A DNA stretch of 57,550 bases from assembly GCA_963971905.1 (NCBI GenBank), contig CAXAVL010000001.1, forward strand, positions 1 through 57,550, read 5' to 3'. Position numbers and translations under genes: made by a program. Source of the stretch: an uncultured Cellvibrio sp. GTDB taxonomy: Bacteria > Pseudomonadota > Gammaproteobacteria > Pseudomonadales > Cellvibrionaceae. This document shows, one piece after another, positions 50,435 to 57,550 of the stretch (positions are counted from its first letter, which is position 1; each line of letters opens with the position of its first letter). The notes under the pieces are model-generated. The model worked only from the letters and a program-made list of their open reading frames with translations. It did no database searches and was not told the origin of the DNA.

Positions 50435-53164
50435 TTACTCTAAAGCACCGTGACAACTTTTGAATTTTTTCCCAGAGCCACAAGGGCATGGGTCGTTGCG
50501 CCCCACCTTACGACCTTCGCGCACCACTTGGTTTTGTGGCATTGCCCGAGGCTCTTCAGGTTGCCCCAAGGAAGAGAGCTCATCATGACGCAGCTGCATT
50601 TTTTGACGAGCTAATTCCTCGCGACGTTGATTTTCCATCTCTTCCATTTGCTCGCGTGAAATAGGTTCAACCCGCGCCATCAAATGAACAGTTTCTCGCT
50701 TTACCGTCATCAATAAACTTTGGAACAGCTCAAATGCTTCACGCTTATATTCCTGCTTTGGATTTTTTTGCGCATAAGAGCGCAAATTAATTCCCTGACG
50801 CAGATGATCCATAGTGGCAAGGTGATCTTTCCAAGCATTATCCAACACCTGCAACATTACTTGCTTTTCAATCTCAAACATTATTTCGCCAACACGCTCG
50901 CATTTCGCATCATATGCACCCTGAATTTCAGCAAGGATTTTCTTGCGCAAGGTTTCTTCATGCAGGCGAGTATCCTCTTCCAGCCATTTGGCGATGGGCA
51001 AACGCAGACCATAATCGCTTTCGATTTGCTTTTCCAAGCCAGAAATATTCCATTGATCCTCAATTGATTGTGGTGGAATAAACTCACTTACCAAATCATC
51101 AACCACTTCTTCACGCACCGCAGTAATGGTGTCGCGAATTGAATCCGCATCTAACAACTCATTGCGCTGATGATAAATAATCTGACGTTGATCATTGGCA
51201 ACATCATCAAACTCAAGTAATTGTTTACGGATATCAAAATTGCGCCCTTCCACTTTACGCTGCGCTTTTTCGATAGCGTTGTTAACCATGCGGTGCTCAA
51301 TTGCCTCTCCTTTTTCCATCCCCAATGCCTGCATAAAATTACGCACGCGCTCGGATGCAAAAATACGCATTAAGTTATCTTCTAATGATAAATAAAAACG
51401 CGTTAACCCAGGGTCGCCTTGACGGCCCGCACGACCGCGCAACTGATTATCGATACGACGCGACTCATGACGCTCGGTACCAATAATATGTAACCCGCCC
51501 GCAGCCAACACGGTTTCATGGCGAATTTTCCATTCAGCTTTAACTGCTGCGATTTGTTCTGGTGTTGGGTTTTCCAACTTCGCAATATCAGACTCCCAAC
51601 GACCACCCAACACAATATCGGTACCGCGACCAGCCATATTGGTGGCGATAGTTACCGTAGCCGGACGTCCGGCCTGAGCAATAATTTCGGCTTCCTGCGC
51701 ATGGAATTTCGCATTGAGCACTTGGTGTTTAATACCAGCAGCAGTCAAGCGACGCGACATTTCTTCCGATGTTTCAATCGATGCCGTACCTACCAGAATG
51801 GGAGCATTTTTGGCTTGAAATAATTTAATATCTTCAACAATGGCGAGATATTTTTCTTCGAGCGATAAAAAAACCTTATCGTTCATATCCAAACGCTGTA
51901 CGGTTTTATTGGTAGGAATTACCACCACGTCCAAGCCATAAATTTCACGAAACTCATAGGCTTCGGTATCAGCCGTACCGGTCATACCGGATAAGGTTGG
52001 GTAGAGACGGAAATAATTTTGAAAGGTAGTAGACGCAAGTGTTTGACTTTCGCTTTGAATCGCAACACCTTCTTTAGCTTCAATTGCCTGATGTAAACCT
52101 TCCGATAAGCGACGCCCCGGCATAGTACGACCAGTGTGCTCATCAATTAACACTACTTGCCCTTCCTGCACAATGTATTCCACATTGAGATGAAAAAGTG
52201 CATGCGCGCGCAGCGCAGAGTTGACGTGATGCAATAACGAAAGATTATTCGCCGCGTAAAGATTTTGATCTGCTTGCAGCAATCCAGCTTGAATTAATAA
52301 ATCTTCTACTTTTTGATGGCCATCTTCAGTCAATTCAACCTGACGTGATTTTTCATCCACCGTAAAATGACCTGGATCGCTAATAACACGACGATCTCCA
52401 TCTTCGCCGTTATCAATTTGGCGCTTCAGCTTTAGTACCAACTGATTAACACGTTTATACATCTCTGCACTATTTTCCGCTGCACCAGAAATAATCAGCG
52501 GGGTACGCGCCTCATCGATAAGAATCGAATCCACCTCGTCGATCACCGCGAAATTAAGATCGCGCTGAACTTTGTCACGCTTACTGAGAGCCATGTTATC
52601 GCGCAGGTAATCAAAACCATATTCGTTATTAGTACCATAGGTCACATCTGCGGCATAGGCTGCACGTTTAACCGCTTGTGGCTGCATAGATTGAATAACA
52701 CCCACAGTCATACCGAGAAATTCGTACAACGGCATCATCCAGTTAGCATCACGACTTGCCAAATAATCATTCACTGTAACTATGTGAACACCCTTGCCCG
52801 TCAATGCGTGGAGATAACTAGGCAGTGTCGACACCAAGGTTTTACCTTCACCAGTACGCATCTCCGCAATACACCCTTCATGCAAAGTCATACCGCCAAT
52901 CAACTGCACATCAAAGTGACGCATACCCAGAACACGATGCCCAGCTTCGCGCACAGTTGCGAAGGCTTCCGGTAACAATTGATCAAGGGTTTCACCGTTT
53001 TGAAAGCGCTCGCGAAATTCTATTGTTTTTGCCTTGAGTTGCTCATCACTGAGCTTTTGCATATCTGGCTCAAGCGCATTAATACGCTGTACAACTTTAT
53101 TCATGCGCTTTAGTTCGCGCTCATTTTTTGAACCAAAAACTGCCTTGATTAACTTACCGATCAT
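50435..53164 (-). CDS. secA: Preprotein translocase ATPase SecA
   Basis: [37 protein letters not shown]-terminal [19 protein letters not shown]. Confidence 0.99.
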   Translation of the reverse strand: MIGKLIKAVFGSKNERELKRMNKVVQRINALEPDMQKLSDEQLKAKTIEFRERFQNGETLDQLLPEAFATVREAGHRVLGMRHFDVQLIGGMTLHEGCIAEMRTGEGKTLVSTLPSYLHALTGKGVHIVTVNDYLASRDANWMMPLYEFLGMTVGVIQSMQPQAVKRAAYAADVTYGTNNEYGFDYLRDNMALSKRDKVQRDLNFAVIDEVDSILIDEARTPLIISGAAENSAEMYKRVNQLVLKLKRQIDNGEDGDRRVISDPGHFTVDEKSRQVELTEDGHQKVEDLLIQAGLLQADQNLYAANNLSLLHHVNSALRAHALFHLNVEYIVQEGQVVLIDEHTGRTMPGRRLSEGLHQAIEAKEGVAIQSESQTLASTTFQNYFRLYPTLSGMTGTADTEAYEFREIYGLDVVVIPTNKTVQRLDMNDKVFLSLEEKYLAIVEDIKLFQAKNAPILVGTASIETSEEMSRRLTAAGIKHQVLNAKFHAQEAEIIAQAGRPATVTIATNMAGRGTDIVLGGRWESDIAKLENPTPEQIAAVKAEWKIRHETVLAAGGLHIIGTERHESRRIDNQLRGRAGRQGDPGLTRFYLSLEDNLMRIFASERVRNFMQALGMEKGEAIEHRMVNNAIEKAQRKVEGRNFDIRKQLLEFDDVANDQRQIIYHQRNELLDADSIRDTITAVREEVVDDLVSEFIPPQSIEDQWNISGLEKQIESDYGLRLPIAKWLEEDTRLHEETLRKKILAEIQGAYDAKCERVGEIMFEIEKQVMLQVLDNAWKDHLATMDHLRQGINLRSYAQKNPKQEYKREAFELFQSLLMTVKRETVHLMARVEPISREQMEEMENQRREELARQKMQLRHDELSSLGQPEEPRAMPQNQVVREGRKVGRNDPCPCGSGKKFKSCHGALE

Positions 53165-53321
53165 TTTTTAATACCGTAAAAATTCCATAGACTGAATACA
53201 TTTTGCGCAGCGAAATACAGGCGAAATAACCTAGAAGTACCCTAAGGTAAGGCTGGCAAGTAAATAGGAAGGAGCCGAGTAAAGCAAGAGCGAAATCTGC
53301 TTCTCAGCGGAGGAGATGATT

Positions 53322-54251
53322 TTAGCGATTAGTGCGGCGGATATAGCTGGCTGGATCTACTACGCGACCATTTTTATAGACCTCAAAATGGACATGAGGC
53401 GCTGTTGATCGCCCCGTCGACCCCGACAGGGCAATCACTTGCCCCTTTTTTACAACATCACCTGCCTTAACAAGATTAGATGTATTGTGAGCATAGCGAG
53501 TAACCAAACCGTCGCCATGTTTAATTTCAACCATATTGCCATATTCAGGATGGCGCCCGGCCCAATTCACTACACCGGCAGCGACAGTGCTGACTTTGCT
53601 GCCTTGGCGTGCAGTAAAATCAATACCAGAATGAAACGCAGTCTTGCCGGTAAAAGGATCTTTGCGGTAGCCATAGCGAGATGAAACCCAAGCATTGGCG
53701 ACTGGAGCACCAGACACAAGGGTCTCTTGTTGCAAACTACGGTTGGCTAGTAACGACTCTATTGTATTGAGCTGCTGTTCGCGACTGTCGACCTGCTGGG
53801 AGAGTAGATCTATTGCAGTGAAAAAATCGGGCGCAGAATAAAGTGTTTCCGGACTGGATTTAGAAGGGCCGCCGAGCGCTGGAATTTGGCTGAAATCAAA
53901 CTCGCCTTGCTCTAAGTTTGCCGCTGATGTGAGCTTTTCACCGAGTGCATCCAGGCGCATTAAACGTGCCTGCAACTCCCCCATTTTACTTGTCAGTGCA
54001 GCGATTTGTGCTTCTGAGGCTGCTCGTTCCTGTTCAATTTCCGACTCTCGTGCAGAGAGAATGGCCATCCAAGCCTTAGTATCAGTATTAAAAAAGCCAT
54101 CCCGCTCATCGGATACTAGCCAGCTATAGCCCCAAGCGCCAACAAAGGTGGGAATTCCCAACAGGCACACAGACAGAAACGCACGTGTCCACCCGCCCAG
54201 GGTGAAACTGCGAGCTTGCGCATGGTCTTTGTTGACGATAATAATCTTCAT
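53322..54251 (-). CDS. M23-family metallopeptidase with coiled coil (start may be 54290)
   Basis: HSGID, YAHN, GSTGRSTAPHVHFEV; N-terminal transmembrane segment; usual position upstream of secA. Confidence 0.9.
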   Translation of the reverse strand: MKIIIVNKDHAQARSFTLGGWTRAFLSVCLLGIPTFVGAWGYSWLVSDERDGFFNTDTKAWMAILSARESEIEQERAASEAQIAALTSKMGELQARLMRLDALGEKLTSAANLEQGEFDFSQIPALGGPSKSSPETLYSAPDFFTAIDLLSQQVDSREQQLNTIESLLANRSLQQETLVSGAPVANAWVSSRYGYRKDPFTGKTAFHSGIDFTARQGSKVSTVAAGVVNWAGRHPEYGNMVEIKHGDGLVTRYAHNTSNLVKAGDVVKKGQVIALSGSTGRSTAPHVHFEVYKNGRVVDPASYIRRTNR

Positions 54252-54584
54252 TTGGAAATCTACTTTTTTATAGGTTAAAAAACCATTCACCTCGGGTCTT
54301 GCCCGATGAGTTTTCGATAAAAAATTCGACTCTCAGATCGCGAATCACCTTCGGGTGAAACACAGTTGGACATCCAATGAAAACACTTTTACTTTATTAA
54401 ACAACTAATAAAAAGCGTTTTAAAACAGCCAGTTACAACAACTTCTCAGCGGAAATGTGGCATTGCGGAGATTCCTTGCAATATGCCTAAAACGGCATAA
54501 GCCCGAAATATCGCATAGATAGGAAGGTTTTAACAAGTGCAATTTTAGCCGTCGTTTAAAAATTAGACATAATACCGATACCTT

Positions 54585-55496
54585 TTATGCAGCAACTATC
54601 GGCGGCATATAAGCAATGGGTAACTGCTGCCCCTCTTCAAAAGTGACCATCTCCCAAGCATCTGGCTGCTCAATCAACAACCTTAAGGCGCGATTATTAA
54701 GAGAGTGGCCTGACTTATGCGCTCTGTATTCACAGATCAAACTATTGCCGAGCATATACAAGTCGCCGATAGCATCGAGCACCTTGTGCTTCACAAACTC
54801 ATCCTCAAAGCGAAGACCATCTTCATTAAGAATCTTGTATTGATCCACCACTATTGCATTATCCATACTGCCACCACGGGCAAGGCCCTTGGAGCGCAAG
54901 TATTCAATTTCATGCATAAAGCCAAAGGTACGCGCACGGCTGATGTCTTTGACGAAGGTTGAGCTGGAGAATTCCAGCTCAGTCTGCGGACGACGATCTT
55001 TAAATACAGGATGATCAAACTCGATAGAAAACGACACTTTGAAGCCATCGAAAGGAATAAAACTGGCAAATTTATCGCCATCTTTTAGGGTGACTTCCTT
55101 TTTTATACGAACGAATTTTTTGGGCGCATTCTGTTCCTGGACACCGGCAGATTGAATCAAAAATACAAAGGGACCGGCGCTGCCATCCATGATCGGAATT
55201 TCAGGTGCATTTAATTCGACAATCGCATTATCAATACCTAATCCAGCCATAGCAGACATGAAGTTCTCAACCGTCGAGACACGGACATCATCTTTAATCA
55301 GACAGGTAGAAAGTGTCGTTTCACCTACGTTTTTAGCGGTTGCCTTGATTTCTACCGGCGGATTTAAATCCACCCGACGGAAAACTATGCCTGTATCGAC
55401 TGGCGCTGGTAACAGGGTCAGATGAATCCGATCACCAGTATGAAGGCCTACACCAGCCGTACGTATCGCATTTTTAAGCGTTCGCTGTTTGATCAT
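54585..55496 (-). CDS. lpxC: UDP-3-O-acyl-GlcNAc deacetylase LpxC
   Basis: [38 protein letters not shown]; residue 78 reads Asn instead of His. Confidence 0.96.
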   Translation of the reverse strand: MIKQRTLKNAIRTAGVGLHTGDRIHLTLLPAPVDTGIVFRRVDLNPPVEIKATAKNVGETTLSTCLIKDDVRVSTVENFMSAMAGLGIDNAIVELNAPEIPIMDGSAGPFVFLIQSAGVQEQNAPKKFVRIKKEVTLKDGDKFASFIPFDGFKVSFSIEFDHPVFKDRRPQTELEFSSSTFVKDISRARTFGFMHEIEYLRSKGLARGGSMDNAIVVDQYKILNEDGLRFEDEFVKHKVLDAIGDLYMLGNSLICEYRAHKSGHSLNNRALRLLIEQPDAWEMVTFEEGQQLPIAYMPPIVAA

Positions 55497-55628
55497 TTCA
55501 ACCCCTTACTCGTCTCACCGCTTCAATACCGCACAACAGGTACAGTCATGATTTTCATGGGCATACTATCAATCAGAGAAATCATGAACCAGTTAAAACT
55601 GACAATCTCCCCTATAGCTAAAAGCCGA

Positions 55629-56810
55629 TTAATCAGCCTGGCGACGCAAGAAAGCGGGAATATCGAGATACTCCAACTCTTTGTCGCCCAAAGGTGCAGC
55701 CAACGCAGCTGCACTGGATGACTGTGCGTTAGCGCGCAAATGTGCAGGGCGATCAAGTGCCGCATAATCAACAGGCGGCGAAGTACGACGAGTGTTATCG
55801 ACAACTTTGGTTGGAGTTGGCTTAGTTTCTTTTAGTGGCGCAACAGCGCTAGCAATAACACCCAAACCAGTTGCAACTACCGTCACACGCAATTCATTGG
55901 TCATTTCTGGATCGATTACAGTACCCACCACCACAGTCGCATCGCCGGAAGCAAACTCTTCAATAATGTTACCGACTTCAGAGTATTCACCGAGTGACAG
56001 ATCAATACCAGCAGTGATGTTCACCAAGATGCCGCGCGCACCCTGCAAGTTCACATCTTCCAACAACGGACTGCGAATCGCAGCTTCAGCTGCTTCACGC
56101 GCACGATTTTCGCCAGTTGCGCGGCCAGTTCCCATCATCGCCATACCCATTTCCGACATAACAGTTCTTACGTCAGCAAAGTCTACGTTGATCATACCCG
56201 GGCGGATAATCAAGTCTGCAATGCCCTGCACGGCCCCGAGCAATACATTGTTTGCCGCCTTAAAAGCATCCAGCAAACTGGTGGATTTTCCCAAAACTGA
56301 CAGCAGTTTTTCGTTAGGAATTGTAATCAGAGAGTCAACGCGTTCGCCCAGCTCTTTAATACCCGCGTCAGCAATCAACATGCGCTTTTTACCTTCGAAA
56401 GGAAAAGGCTTGGTGACGACAGCAACAGTCAAAATACCGAGATCACGTGCTACTTCTGCCACCACCGGTGCCGCACCCGTACCTGTACCACCGCCCATTC
56501 CGGCAGCGATAAACACCATATCGGCACCGCGCAATACTTCGGCGATCCGCTCGCGGTCTTCCATCGCCGCTTGACGACCGATTTCCGGGTTGGCTCCAGC
56601 ACCCAAACCTTTGGTCATGGTATTGCCGAGCTGCAACACAGTGCGCGCATCTATATCTTTCAATGCTTGCGAATCGGTGTTGGCGCAAATAAATTCTACG
56701 CCTTCAATTTTACTCGCGATCATGTGCTTAACTGCGTTTCCGCCGCCACCACCAACACCGATCACTTTGATTACTGCGTTTTGATGAATGCTATCAACTA
56801 ATTCAAACAT
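55629..56810 (-). CDS. ftsZ: Cell division protein FtsZ
   Basis: [28 protein letters not shown]-terminal [12 protein letters not shown]; ATG 56810 has a purine-rich SD. Confidence 0.99.
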   Translation of the reverse strand: MFELVDSIHQNAVIKVIGVGGGGGNAVKHMIASKIEGVEFICANTDSQALKDIDARTVLQLGNTMTKGLGAGANPEIGRQAAMEDRERIAEVLRGADMVFIAAGMGGGTGTGAAPVVAEVARDLGILTVAVVTKPFPFEGKKRMLIADAGIKELGERVDSLITIPNEKLLSVLGKSTSLLDAFKAANNVLLGAVQGIADLIIRPGMINVDFADVRTVMSEMGMAMMGTGRATGENRAREAAEAAIRSPLLEDVNLQGARGILVNITAGIDLSLGEYSEVGNIIEEFASGDATVVVGTVIDPEMTNELRVTVVATGLGVIASAVAPLKETKPTPTKVVDNTRRTSPPVDYAALDRPAHLRANAQSSSAAALAAPLGDKELEYLDIPAFLRRQAD

Positions 56811-56859
56811 GGCCACACCCCTTTTGTTTCCCTTGACTCAATCTGTGAAATAAATTTGG

Positions 56860-57550
56860 TTAAAAATTGCTCTGAAATATTTTTTTAATCTTGCTGAAAA
56901 TTGAACCTTGCGATTCTTTGGCAGTAGATGATGCACGCCCACTGCCCTGTTGTTGCTTCATGGCGTAAATCAGTAAACCCACGCCCGTCGAATAAATGGG
57001 ATTATTAACAATATCGGACAAACCGCGAATATTTTGCGGGGCACCGAGCCTGACCGGCATGTGGAAAATTTCTTCGGCCAATTCGATAACACCTTCCATT
57101 TTGGAAGTGCCACCGGTTAAAACAATACCCGCTGCAATTAAGTCTTCATAACCACTGCGGCGCAGCTCTGCCTGAATCAAGGTAAACAATTCGTCGTAGC
57201 GCGGTTCAACAACTTCCACCAATGCTTGGCGAGATAAATCGCGCGGTTGGCGATCGCCAACACTTGGCACTTTAATGGTTTCATCCGGGCTGGTTAATTT
57301 CGCCAGCGCGCAGGCATATTTAATTTTGATTTCTTCTGCGTTAGGTGTTGGCGTGCGCAATGCCATAGCGATGTCATTAGTTACCTGATCGCCCGCAATC
57401 GGAATCACTCCGGTATGGCGAATCGCGCCGTCTTTAAAAATAGCGATGTCGGTAGTACCACCGCCGATATCAACTACACAGACACCCAGCTCTTTTTCAT
57501 CGTCGGTTAACACCGAATAACTTGAAGCCAACTGCTCCAGAATGATGTCT
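56860..57550 (-). CDS. ftsA: Cell division protein FtsA (5' part outside window)
   Basis: [25 protein letters not shown]-terminal amphipathic helix; directly upstream of ftsZ. Confidence 0.96.
   Translation of the reverse strand, partial: DIILEQLASSYSVLTDDEKELGVCVVDIGGGTTDIAIFKDGAIRHTGVIPIAGDQVTNDIAMALRTPTPNAEEIKIKYACALAKLTSPDETIKVPSVGDRQPRDLSRQALVEVVEPRYDELFTLIQAELRRSGYEDLIAAGIVLTGGTSKMEGVIELAEEIFHMPVRLGAPQNIRGLSDIVNNPIYSTGVGLLIYAMKQQQGSGRASSTAKESQGSIFSKIKKIFQSNF

Noticed and set aside
55792-56574. 260-aa plus-strand ORF, and similar long shadow ORFs at 20682, 21570, 36881, 38170, 42463 and 49862
   Set aside because: They lie antisense to well-conserved genes and show no motifs of their own; codon bias of the real gene explains them.

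Overview
Chromosomal window from a Cellvibrio-like gammaproteobacterium, inferred from the xyloglucan locus and Pseudomonas-like gene order. Housekeeping blocks: mreC(partial)-mreB, gatCAB, nadC, pilBCD-coaE-yacG, a Nudix fusion, argJ, secA, an M23 peptidase, lpxC, ftsZ and ftsA(partial). Accessory modules in order: (i) an AT-rich islet with a PAS-LuxR regulator, a 92-aa orphan and a probable orphan outer-membrane beta-barrel; (ii) a xyloglucan-oligosaccharide utilisation locus (GH95, TonB-dependent transporter, GH35, GH31) whose upstream region shares a 41-bp box with the adjacent flavin-dependent halogenase-family gene; (iii) a sigma54-driven stand-alone NIT-domain gene and outer-membrane phospholipase A; (iv) a guanidine assimilation operon with a sigma54/NtrC-type promoter, a guanidine-I riboswitch and an internal guanidine-II riboswitch, lacking allophanate hydrolase and flanked by two DUF1631 paralogues; (v) a type IV pilin cassette with two major-pilin paralogues, each with a sigma54 promoter, bracketing a beta-lactamase-fold serine hydrolase and a TfpZ-like gene. 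Three REP-like repeat families are present. I saw no tRNA, rRNA, CRISPR array or transposase. The best candidates for undescribed biology are the two-pilin/serine-hydrolase cassette, the halogenase sharing an upstream box with the glycan locus, and the LuxR/orphan-barrel islet. All calls come from reading the sequence; no searches were run.
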